Source: a virus
IMG/VR virus record: IMGVR_UViG_3300009509_000009
Coordinates: 15,666 to 79,665 of that record
Reading direction: 5' to 3' (one strand)
DNA: 64,000 nucleotides
Positions 39,512 through 48,099 of this stretch are shown one piece after another. A program made the translations under genes and the position numbers. The notes under the pieces are model-generated. The model searched no databases. It had not been told where the DNA came from and was given only the letters and a program-made list of their open reading frames with translations. Position 1 is the first letter of the stretch; each line of letters starts with the position of its first letter.

Positions 39512-42500
39512 ATGTCGCAGATACCCGAACTTCCGCAGCCAGGCGTAGAGGTCATCCAGGAATTCCAGGCTGTGTCGCCGTCCGTCGTGGTGCCGACACT
39601 GGTGCCTTGCGTTGTCGGCGTGTGCAACGAGATCAGAGAGCTGTACGATTCAGACGGCAATCTGAACTCCGACATCCTGGTGAGCGGTGCTGCCGTTGCC
39701 ACGGCTCCCAATGCGGAGCCGTACAACCTGGCCAACAAGAGCATCGAGCTCCGGATCAATGGAGGGGTCATCCAGACCTTCAGCTTCGATGGCACTGCCA
39801 CGGCGCTGTCGGCACAGGACCTCGCGTCTTTGATCATTGCCGCTGTTCCAGCGCCTGTGAACTTCTCTGCCTACGTGTCCGAGGACAGCGTCGGAGACAA
39901 GTACATCCAGTTCAGGACCACAGGCAGTGGGGCCGACAAGACGATCCAGATCATCGATGACGATGGCTCTGCCGTCCTTGGCTTCGGTCTCAACTACACC
40001 TACTACGGTCTGGGGAGCTACAAGCAGGATGGTGTCTTCCTGGCTCAGTCGAGCTTTCCAGATCCTCGTGGCAACCTCGAGGAGCTGAACATCGACGAGG
40101 ACTCCATTCGGATCTTCGTGGACCTCAGCACCACGGTGGTTGAGCTGCTCAAGACCGAGAGCTTCCTCCGTAGAGGTTCCACCATCGCTCCTGTCGATGA
40201 CAGCGATGGGGACCAGCTCACTCCGTACGTGGCGATGAGCGGAGAAGACTTCAAGGCGCTTCCGAGCTCGGCCATCGTGACCGGCACGAGAGATCTCAAT
40301 AGTCTTCGGCAAGAGATCAACCAGCAGGTGCTGGCGATTCAGCTCGATGGCGGAGACAAGCAGTTCATCAAGTTCTATGGCGCTGGGATCATCTCCGATG
40401 CCGCAGCCGGTTGGGTCTGGGGCAACATCACTGGCAACGACCTCGTCTTCACTGTCAACGGAGTTGCGGTGAGTGTGACGACAATCGTTGCCGGTACTCT
40501 CCAAGCCCTCGTCACCGAGATCAACGTTGCCTCTCAGGCTGCGGTAGGCGCCAACATCGCCTACGAGTCGGACGCTGCTGGAACCGAGCAGACTGCGGGC
40601 ACGGGCACTCATCTCGGGATCATCTACGGCGCAGTTCCGACGTACAACATCGACAAGGACGCGGCGGTAGTGGTGCAGGACACCAGCACTGCAGCTCTGC
40701 TCGATGAGATCTTCGGCAGTCTGCGGCCCACTGGTACTGGTGACAGCATCGCAGCTGACACGCCGGTGGCAGGAACGGCCACGCTCACAGACGCTGGAGC
40801 AACCTTCACCGCAGACATGATCGGAAAGAACGTCATCCTAGCTGGAGCTCCGACGGGCGCCAACGATGGTACGTTCCCGATCACCGGGGTTCCCAGCCCA
40901 ACCACACTCGAGTACACGAACGCCGCAGCTGTGTCTGAGGCTGCACCTGCAGTCACCTGGCAAATCTCAGGGGACATCGAGCAGCCTCTGTGGGGAGACC
41001 ACACAACTGTCGCTGGTGGCGCTCTGGCTGGTGGTCCATACGAGAACATCGACATCGAGGCTCAGATCGATGCCATGTTCGGCACGAGCTTCGCTTCGAT
41101 GGGCGTCTCAAACGTCCTGACTCTCACCAGCCCCAAGAGCGGGAGTGAATCGAAGATCGAGATCCTTGCAACGCCTGACAGCACGACAACGTGTCTCACG
41201 CAGCTTGGTATCTCGGCGGGCGTGACCGATGGCAATCCATTTGCTGCTAGGGTAGGCGACTACGTCTACGCAGATGGAACCCTCATCGGTATGATCATCG
41301 AGGTCCACCCAGCAGCTACCAGCGGTCGGCTCAAGCTCGACAGAGAGGTGAGCACGAGCGCCAGCTGGGCGAGCTGGTACATCGTGGCCAAGAACCTCGA
41401 TACCGTTCTCTCGAGCCAGTGGGGCGTGACAGTCCCGAATCCTGACTTCAGGCTCGACAACAACGGAGACGTGATCATCAAGCACGACTTCCTCAGGGAC
41501 ACGACCGGGGCTCCCATCGTCACAGCGTCTGTTCCCCTCTACGCGATGTACAGTGCTCTGAGGCTGGACGTCACCGCTGAGGCAGAGAGTCCGTCGCTTC
41601 TGGCCTTCGACACGACCACCGAGCTCGACGCTGCTCTCGATCCTGTCAGCCCCGATAACCCGCTGAGCTACGGTCTCTTCTGCGCCATCGGCAATGCCGG
41701 CTCTGTCCAGGTCACTGGACTTGGTGTCAGCGAGACAACGGCCGACAAGCCCTACGGCACGGTGCTCGGCTACACGAAGGCCTTCGAGTTCCTCGAGAGT
41801 GAAGAGATCTACGCGCTGGCGTGCATGACGTCGGACGCAGACATCGCCTCTCTCGGTCAGGTCCACGTCAACGCCATGAGTGAGCCTGAGATGAAGGGTG
41901 AGCGGGTGCTCATCATGCACCTCGGGAACCCAACTCGGAAGGTCGACGACATCGCCGTTTCGGGCAACGACGGTGACTCAGTCGCCGGAGGACCTCCGTA
42001 CAAGTTCGACACCAAGATCGCCACTCTGTCCCAGGCTCTTCTGGCTCTGGGAATCGATCCGACGAGCGCGTTCACCGCAGACGAGGGAGTGTTCCTCGAT
42101 CTGGCGAACGACGACAAGATGTACAACATCATCGGTCCGGTCGAGAGTGGTACGATCGTGAAGCTCAACTTCGCGTTCAATCCGACTCAGAACACAGACT
42201 CCTTCTACTCCGAGGATACGGGAGACTGGACCACCAACCTGCCGTTGGTGAGTGCGAGCTTCTCCGTCAAGCGGCGTGGTGCTTTGGTCGCCAGCAAGAA
42301 TGAGGAGATCGAAGCTATCTACTACACCGGCAAGGCCTTCCAGGACAGGCGGGTGTGGATGATGCAGCTCGACAAGCTCAAGGCCACGATCAACGGCATC
42401 GAGCAGCTCATCGAGGGCTTCTTCCTGTGCGCTGCGAAGGCTGGACAGGTCGGAGGACTGAGTCCTTCCCAGCCCCTCACCAACTTCCCCATCGCCGTGT

Positions 42501-42937
42501 TCACCGGAGTCACAGGGACCAAGGACAGGTACAACACGGTGCAGCTCAATCAGGGCGCTGCAGGTGGAGCTGACTGGATCATCCAGCAGGCTGCCAACGC
42601 GCCGCTCGTCTCGAGGCACCAGGTCACAACCGACCTGACCAGCATCGAGAAGAGGGAGCAGTCGATCGTCAAGGCGGTCGACTACTGTGCCAAGTTCTAC
42701 CGCGTCACCCTGACCCCATATGTGGGCCGGTACAACATCACCCCGGTCTACCTCGACACGCTGTCGACGGTGGTGCAGGGCATCGGGCGCTGGCTGGTGG
42801 AGGAGGGCGCTGTCGTCGCTGACGCGGACCTCAACAACCTGATTCAGAGCGAGGATAGCCCAGACACGGTGCTGATCGACGTCAGCCTCGAGGTCTGGTA
42901 CCCGGGGAACTACCTCCGGCTCACTCTGATCGTGTAG
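39512..42937 (+). CDS. Tail sheath protein
   Basis: ATG 39512 with GGAGAGG RBS; 'PGVEVIQE' N-terminus; C-terminus 'RHQVTTD...REQSIVKAVD...YPGNYLRLTL'. Confidence 0.85.
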   Translation: MSQIPELPQPGVEVIQEFQAVSPSVVVPTLVPCVVGVCNEIRELYDSDGNLNSDILVSGAAVATAPNAEPYNLANKSIELRINGGVIQTFSFDGTATALSAQDLASLIIAAVPAPVNFSAYVSEDSVGDKYIQFRTTGSGADKTIQIIDDDGSAVLGFGLNYTYYGLGSYKQDGVFLAQSSFPDPRGNLEELNIDEDSIRIFVDLSTTVVELLKTESFLRRGSTIAPVDDSDGDQLTPYVAMSGEDFKALPSSAIVTGTRDLNSLRQEINQQVLAIQLDGGDKQFIKFYGAGIISDAAAGWVWGNITGNDLVFTVNGVAVSVTTIVAGTLQALVTEINVASQAAVGANIAYESDAAGTEQTAGTGTHLGIIYGAVPTYNIDKDAAVVVQDTSTAALLDEIFGSLRPTGTGDSIAADTPVAGTATLTDAGATFTADMIGKNVILAGAPTGANDGTFPITGVPSPTTLEYTNAAAVSEAAPAVTWQISGDIEQPLWGDHTTVAGGALAGGPYENIDIEAQIDAMFGTSFASMGVSNVLTLTSPKSGSESKIEILATPDSTTTCLTQLGISAGVTDGNPFAARVGDYVYADGTLIGMIIEVHPAATSGRLKLDREVSTSASWASWYIVAKNLDTVLSSQWGVTVPNPDFRLDNNGDVIIKHDFLRDTTGAPIVTASVPLYAMYSALRLDVTAEAESPSLLAFDTTTELDAALDPVSPDNPLSYGLFCAIGNAGSVQVTGLGVSETTADKPYGTVLGYTKAFEFLESEEIYALACMTSDADIASLGQVHVNAMSEPEMKGERVLIMHLGNPTRKVDDIAVSGNDGDSVAGGPPYKFDTKIATLSQALLALGIDPTSAFTADEGVFLDLANDDKMYNIIGPVESGTIVKLNFAFNPTQNTDSFYSEDTGDWTTNLPLVSASFSVKRRGALVASKNEEIEAIYYTGKAFQDRRVWMMQLDKLKATINGIEQLIEGFFLCAAKAGQVGGLSPSQPLTNFPIAVFTGVTGTKDRYNTVQLNQGAAGGADWIIQQAANAPLVSRHQVTTDLTSIEKREQSIVKAVDYCAKFYRVTLTPYVGRYNITPVYLDTLSTVVQGIGRWLVEEGAVVADADLNNLIQSEDSPDTVLIDVSLEVWYPGNYLRLTLIV

Positions 42938-42946
42938 GAGGGGCCC

Positions 42947-44095
42947 TTGGCGCGCAAGTATTCAGATTGGGCGATCAAGAAGCTAGCTGCTAGGCGTGAG
43001 CGCACTGGTGGCTACTTCACCAATCCCGTAGTGGAAGGCGACCCCGAGGCCATCTACAGCCCCGGCGTCGTCGGCCACGAAGCGGGTCACGCTAAGCTAC
43101 ACACCATTCCTGTGTTGGGGGACATGCTCACGTACGCGCCGATCGTTGCTCCTATGATCGCTGGTGGTATTGCCGCCAGGGGAGCTGGTCCTAACGAAGC
43201 GGCTCAGCAAGCAGCAGCCCAGAAGGCGGTAGAAAAGCTATCCCCATATCTCACTGGAACTCGCCTCGCTGATGAAGCTGGATCATCTCTTATCAGCCTC
43301 AGCAACCTCAAGAAGGATGTTGAGGCCGGGAAGATGTCCAAGGAAGACTATGCCGCTGCTCAACGCGGTCTTCTGTCAGCCTTTGGCACCTATGGCGTTG
43401 GGGCCGCCACGCAACACAAACTTATTGATCCGGGAGCCGCTGGTGCGTTAGGCATGGCTGCTACCGCAGGCACTCTCCTCTCTGAGAGAGGAGGCATGAC
43501 CGCCGAACAGGCTGCGAAAAAGGTACACGAGATCGCTCCTGGAACTGACGTGTACGCGATCAACGCGCCAATCGGTGGCGGATCTATGTATATCCCTAAG
43601 GCAAGAACACCGCTGGGTGGCTTGGCACACAGGGCTCTGTTTGCTGCGGTACTCCCTCAGAAGGAGATCACCAGGCTGAGCGAGCGTGGTGGTATTGTCA
43701 CGGCCCCTGTTCACCTTGGTACTGCTGGTGTAGGCATTGCGCAGAGCATGGCCAACCAGATCAGTCCTCTCGGTCCACTAACTCCGATGCTCACCTATCC
43801 TGGTGAGATCAGAAAAGGCCGCAGAGTCATTGTTCCAGAGCTTGAAGAACAGAAGGGCGACGTTCTTGATCCAGAAAAGGCGTATCGTCTTGCAGAGGGA
43901 GGGGCTGGAGACAAGCTACGGGCGGCGGCGTACTCGTTCCGACATCCGCTGGCTATGGCTGGCCAGGTCCTCAAAGGCGGGCCGAAAGACAAGGGTAGGA
44001 AAGAGGCACCTCCGAAGGAGGAGCTTCCGAAAGAGAAAGCAGCTTCAGCCTCCCCGCACGTTCAGTATCTTCGCATGATGCTGACGGAGGCGTAG
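42947..44095 (+). CDS. Putative zincin metallopeptidase-like protein
   Basis: 'GHEAGHA' plus downstream 'LADEAGSS'; hydrophobic segments; KLAA and EKAASAS. Confidence 0.55.
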   Translation: MARKYSDWAIKKLAARRERTGGYFTNPVVEGDPEAIYSPGVVGHEAGHAKLHTIPVLGDMLTYAPIVAPMIAGGIAARGAGPNEAAQQAAAQKAVEKLSPYLTGTRLADEAGSSLISLSNLKKDVEAGKMSKEDYAAAQRGLLSAFGTYGVGAATQHKLIDPGAAGALGMAATAGTLLSERGGMTAEQAAKKVHEIAPGTDVYAINAPIGGGSMYIPKARTPLGGLAHRALFAAVLPQKEITRLSERGGIVTAPVHLGTAGVGIAQSMANQISPLGPLTPMLTYPGEIRKGRRVIVPELEEQKGDVLDPEKAYRLAEGGAGDKLRAAAYSFRHPLAMAGQVLKGGPKDKGRKEAPPKEELPKEKAASASPHVQYLRMMLTEA

Positions 44096-44126
44096 GCTAC
44101 GTGATACAACAAGTGAGGAGGCTCTG

Positions 44127-44879
44127 ATGGCCGGTTTCGCACAATGGAATCCCCTGAACCACTTCGTTCAGGGTGGGATGCCCGACGGGCGCTTCGTCTC
44201 CGGAGCCTTGACTCTGGTCGCCGCTGGTCCACCTCGTCTGGCCCAGATGGGAGGTAGCGTTCAGAGCGCTGCCAATGCGATCAACGACGAGGCGGCGGAT
44301 ATCGTCTTCCCGATCGGGATCACCCAGAACATCAACATGTCCCAGAACAAGACCTTCATGAGGATCTGGGAGCTGGGATCCGAACGCAGCTACTTCATCG
44401 GTGGCCGCACAGTCGGGCAGTTGGCTCTCTCGAGAGTCTACTACCACGGCCCATCACTTCTGCGAGTGCTCTACGCCTACTACAGGGACGAGCGCGGCAG
44501 GGTCCAGGTCCCGTGGGTCTTCCCGAATCTGGGCGCCACTCAGATGTTCAACGAGCACGATGTGATCGTGCCTCCTGGCTACGAGAACCTGTTCCTGAAC
44601 CTGGCATCAGACCTGTTCAACCAGCCCATCGGGCTCTTGGTCTACGTCAGGGACTCGAACCTCAAGACCATGGGGGCCATCTACCTCGAGGCCTGCTACA
44701 TCCCGAACCACACGTGGGCGACGGATGCACAGGGCACCATCGTGCAAGAGACCGTGGCAGTTCAGTACGAGCGTGTCATGCCGGTCAACGTCTCGGCAGT
44801 CACTCTCGTTACGGGGCTAGCCAAGTCCACGGGTGGCGCTGAGTCGGGCGGCGGCTTCCACCTCACCCTCGGCTTCTAG
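44127..44879 (+). CDS. Tail tube protein
   Basis: 'IGITQNINMSQNK...IWELGSERSYF', 'IYLEACYI', 'ETVAVQYER'. Confidence 0.7.
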   Translation: MAGFAQWNPLNHFVQGGMPDGRFVSGALTLVAAGPPRLAQMGGSVQSAANAINDEAADIVFPIGITQNINMSQNKTFMRIWELGSERSYFIGGRTVGQLALSRVYYHGPSLLRVLYAYYRDERGRVQVPWVFPNLGATQMFNEHDVIVPPGYENLFLNLASDLFNQPIGLLVYVRDSNLKTMGAIYLEACYIPNHTWATDAQGTIVQETVAVQYERVMPVNVSAVTLVTGLAKSTGGAESGGGFHLTLGF

Positions 44880-44894
44880 ACCCGGAGGTGGGTG

Positions 44895-45779
44895 ATGCTG
44901 CAAGACCAGAGGTTGATGGCTGACGTCCTTGTGGAGATGTCCAATGGGCACTTTCGCAAGCTGGCGTCCCTGTCTGCCAGGACGAGGGGAGCCGTCGAGC
45001 TCGGCAAGGTCGCTGCAGCGCGCTTCTCTCCTCCTACAGAGGATGAGTACCTCCAGAAGATGGCGGCTTCTCAGCTGGGAGAAGCGTACCTTGAGAAGTT
45101 GGCTCGAGCTGTCATCAACGAGGAGGTCTCCTGGGACGACCTTTCTGACCTGGAGAAGACTGCCCTCGGCATTGGTGGTATCGGCAGAGCCCTCAAGGGC
45201 GTTGGCCAGTTCTTCACCAAGGGCAAGACTGTCAGGATGGCTGGTGGCCCAGGAAGCGCCTCGGGGGGCATAGGGGCTCGTCTCCGGAGCGCTTGGAACA
45301 GGGGCACAGGCCAGCAGTGGAAGAACCTGGCCGGCAGCAAGGGCGGAGGCCCTGGTATCTCAGGGCCAAGGACGCAGACCTTCAAGGGCGGCACGAGGCC
45401 CGCAGGGGCTGGAGCAGGCCCGTACAGAGGGGCTGCAGCTCAGGGACCAGCCACGGCGGTACGACCTCCTCCCCAGCAGGCCGGCGCTCAGATGCGCCAG
45501 AGGTTCCAGCAGCTCAACCAGGGAGCTCAGCCACTGCAGGGTAACAGAGCGGTCCAGAGGGCCTCTGCAGCGGCCGGAGGAACTCCAGGTGCCAGGAAGC
45601 CTCTTCTCTCCTGGAGGACGAAGGCGGGCCTGGGAGCCGCAGCTGTGGGCGCCGGAGGCCTCTACCTCGGAGGCAAGGCTCTGGACACGGCCAACACCTT
45701 CCTCCATCAGCAACAGCCGGGAGCCTACCAGTACGGTATGGGGGCTCCAACCCCCTTCATGCAGCCCCAAGGCATGTAG
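44895..45779 (+). CDS. Gly/Arg-rich protein with KxA-rich leader and C-terminal hydrophobic helix
   Basis: KLAS, KVAAA, KMAAS, KLAR, EKTAL in the first 92 aa. Confidence 0.75.
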   Translation: MLQDQRLMADVLVEMSNGHFRKLASLSARTRGAVELGKVAAARFSPPTEDEYLQKMAASQLGEAYLEKLARAVINEEVSWDDLSDLEKTALGIGGIGRALKGVGQFFTKGKTVRMAGGPGSASGGIGARLRSAWNRGTGQQWKNLAGSKGGGPGISGPRTQTFKGGTRPAGAGAGPYRGAAAQGPATAVRPPPQQAGAQMRQRFQQLNQGAQPLQGNRAVQRASAAAGGTPGARKPLLSWRTKAGLGAAAVGAGGLYLGGKALDTANTFLHQQQPGAYQYGMGAPTPFMQPQGM

Positions 45780-45791
45780 CTCGGCGATTTA

Positions 45792-45884
45792 GTCATAGTG
45801 AACAGTTGTTCACGTATGACGCCGGCGTTTGACATACTGCGTCAAATACCCCTAACGCATCGAACTGACCCAAACGGGGTATTT
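45792..45884. repeat. Cluster of inverted repeats at a convergent boundary
   Basis: GTCATAGTGAAC/GTTCACGTATGAC; TTTGAC/GTCAAA; AAATACCCC/GGGGTATTT. Confidence 0.7.
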
Positions 45885-45903
45885 CGTTCGTTGACATGAC
45901 CAG

Positions 45904-45927
45904 CTAAGGTTGGAGCCCGAAGGCTCC
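45904..45927 (-). terminator. UUCG-tetraloop hairpin ending a minus-strand cassette
   Basis: GGAGCC-TTCG-GGCTCC-AACCTTAG on the minus strand. Confidence 0.6.
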
Positions 45928-45936
45928 TCGAGGGCC

Positions 45937-46353
45937 TCAGCCCTCCCGGTGGATGCGGTCGACGAACTCCTCGGCGGCGTTGACGTCGTCTCTGAGCCTC
46001 TTCCAGGTGATGGACAGCTCGTCCTTCCACGCCATGTGAGCTCGGACAATGGCTGCGTGGAGCATCCGCTCGATGAACTTCCGCTCGGCCGGCGTAGTCA
46101 TCTGCATGAGGTTGGGCGCCTCGTCGTCCTCGTAGAAGCGGAAGCACGGGCGCTTGTAGTGGGGGAGGGTGGAGCAGAGGAGCCAATCCATAATGGATCT
46201 GTATTGCTCCTCGGGGCTAGGCCTCTTGATCATCCGCAAGGCCTTCTGGTAGTCGCGCTCCTTCTCGAGGAGACGCTCGAGCTCGGGGAAACATTCGTTG
46301 CTGGCCGGCTCTTGTATCTGTAGTGGTTGACACGACTGGCGGAACATCGACAT
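45937..46353 (-). CDS. Hypothetical protein
   Basis: 138 aa, GGAGGAGG RBS. Confidence 0.75.
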   Translation of the reverse strand: MSMFRQSCQPLQIQEPASNECFPELERLLEKERDYQKALRMIKRPSPEEQYRSIMDWLLCSTLPHYKRPCFRFYEDDEAPNLMQMTTPAERKFIERMLHAAIVRAHMAWKDELSITWKRLRDDVNAAEEFVDRIHREG

Positions 46354-46407
46354 TGATACCTCCTCCCTCTACGGGATCAGTAGGAAAAAGAGTCCGTACT
46401 GCGACCT

Positions 46408-46422
46408 CAAAGATCTTATTAC
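46408..46422 (-). promoter_or_regulatory. Shared minus-strand upstream motif, copy 5 (GTAATAAGATCTTTG)
   Basis: 55 nt upstream of ATG 46353. Confidence 0.6.
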
Positions 46423-46432
46423 TAGGGACGAT

Positions 46433-46984
46433 CTACTTTTTCTTCCACCACTCGTCGACCTTAGAAAGATCCAGCGGCTCATCTACGAGCTTGAATCCAT
46501 CGTCAGTGGCGAGCATGGCTACTGGGATAGCTTCGACGTCTTCGTCGAACTCATCAACATGATCGTCGAATCCTTCTCCAGGGCCACCAAGGTCCTCTTC
46601 CTCGGGTGGTATGGCTGGTAGGGCGCCGGCAGCCAGGCGAGCTCTTTCCTCAGCTCTGCCACTGAGCCAATCTTCTGCGAGTCGTTCGAGGTCCTCGTTG
46701 ATTTCAGCTCCCTCGAGAACATCTTGCAGATATTGATGATCGAGACGATCCCACATCTCTGGATTCTCTAGAGCCTGTCTTGCGAATTCCTCTGGCTCGA
46801 GCTGATGCTCTCTTAGCAGACTGAATGGTCTCTCCTTGGGAGTCTTTGGAGTGGGACCCGCTGGCTTGAGTGAGTCGAACACTTCCTGGGCAAACTCTCC
46901 TGGCTCGAGCGGCCTCAGATAGGCGCGCGATTCACTTAGATCAGCTTCAGGGTCTATTTGACCCTCCCAGAAATGACGTGCCAC
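46433..46984 (-). CDS. Acidic hypothetical protein
   Basis: 183 aa. Confidence 0.65.
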   Translation of the reverse strand: MARHFWEGQIDPEADLSESRAYLRPLEPGEFAQEVFDSLKPAGPTPKTPKERPFSLLREHQLEPEEFARQALENPEMWDRLDHQYLQDVLEGAEINEDLERLAEDWLSGRAEERARLAAGALPAIPPEEEDLGGPGEGFDDHVDEFDEDVEAIPVAMLATDDGFKLVDEPLDLSKVDEWWKKK

Positions 46985-46986
46985 AG

Positions 46987-47223
46987 TTAGAGCTTATCAG
47001 ACGGGTGATCTGCTAGCCAGCGGTGCATCCAGCAGATATTCTCCGGATCAGCTTCAGAGACCATCTGCATCTTCACCCGGTGCTGTTCAATGAGTACCTG
47101 AATCAGCTCTCCTACGGTGAAGCGCTTGCCTATCTTGTCCTCGAGGCGCTTGCACTCCTGCTCGAGGAACGAGGCTTGGTCTCTGGTGATGTTGAGAGCT
47201 ACGCGGCGCACTCTGCCTCCCAT
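46987..47223 (-). CDS. Small ribbon-helix-helix-like protein
   Basis: 'RRVALNITRDQASFL...TVGELIQVLI'. Confidence 0.55.
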   Translation of the reverse strand: MGGRVRRVALNITRDQASFLEQECKRLEDKIGKRFTVGELIQVLIEQHRVKMQMVSEADPENICWMHRWLADHPSDKL

Positions 47224-47744
47224 GTGGTGAGGGCTGCCTTGACTCTGGCTGGTCTGTCTTGAGGTCGGCCCTCTTCAACCTCCTTCATGCGCGCATTGAT
47301 CTGAGCCCTCACGATGTGCTCTGGGATTCCGTAACCCCCGAACTGGACAACGCGACCCATCATCCACTCCTCGTCCCTCTTCCTGCCCGGGAAGCAGAGT
47401 ATCTCGGCCTGGACACTCTCACTCTCGTAGTACATCCGGAAGTTCTTGGAGAGCAGATACCAGATCGGCATATGCCACACTAAGAACTGAAGCCTGTGCG
47501 TGAGCTCGTGGCAAGACAGTGATGATGGCTCATCGTCTTCTGTCATGTGCCCGCTGTAGATTATTCCCCACAGCGTAGTGGTGTAGTCCTTCATGAACTT
47601 CTCCTTAGGGAAGTCCACGATCTTGAGCTTGGTGAGGAAGGCCAGGAGAGAGCCGATAGCTTGCATGAGCCACGACTCCTCCTTTGGCACCACCTTCACC
47701 TTGGCTACTGATCTGCTGAAGTACTTGATGAATGACTCTGGCAT
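47199..47744 (-). CDS. HExxH metallopeptidase-like protein
   Basis: 'YTTTLWGIIY...CHELTH...RMYYESE'. Confidence 0.6.
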   Translation of the reverse strand: MPESFIKYFSRSVAKVKVVPKEESWLMQAIGSLLAFLTKLKIVDFPKEKFMKDYTTTLWGIIYSGHMTEDDEPSSLSCHELTHRLQFLVWHMPIWYLLSKNFRMYYESESVQAEILCFPGRKRDEEWMMGRVVQFGGYGIPEHIVRAQINARMKEVEEGRPQDRPARVKAALTTWEAECAA

Positions 47745-47830
47745 GGTTCACCTCTAAAGAAGCGTCGGTGTCCTCTCACTCGTGGAGCGCCCCACTCGAT
47801 TCCACCTGACTTCAGGTCCCTGCATAGTTC

Positions 47831-48067
47831 TTATGCCGTCTTGCGTCTCTTCTTTGCTGGCTCTTTCTTGGGCTTCTCATCTGCGGCAAGGATACGATCT
47901 ATGCGTTTCTTTGTTCGCTTGTTGTCGATGAGCTGCCTGTAGGCAGAGATGGCCTCCTCGCAGAACTCCTGCATAGCCGTCTCCCCATGAAGCACTAGGC
48001 CCACCTTCTGCCCGCTCAGTAACGTGACAAAGCATGTCTCCCCCTCCACGATGAATCTGTTTCCCAT
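47831..48067 (-). CDS. Hypothetical protein
   Basis: GGAGG RBS before ATG 48067. Confidence 0.65.
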   Translation of the reverse strand: MGNRFIVEGETCFVTLLSGQKVGLVLHGETAMQEFCEEAISAYRQLIDNKRTKKRIDRILAADEKPKKEPAKKRRKTA

Positions 48068-48099
48068 CAGACCTCCTCTCAATGTGAGGAGAAGTCCGA

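Noticed and set aside
26989-42619. Long antisense ORFs (e.g. 26989..28068, 29247..30413, 36636..38009, 39650..40612)
   Set aside because: These are shadow ORFs of high-GC3 sense genes, with no RBS or protein-like motifs.
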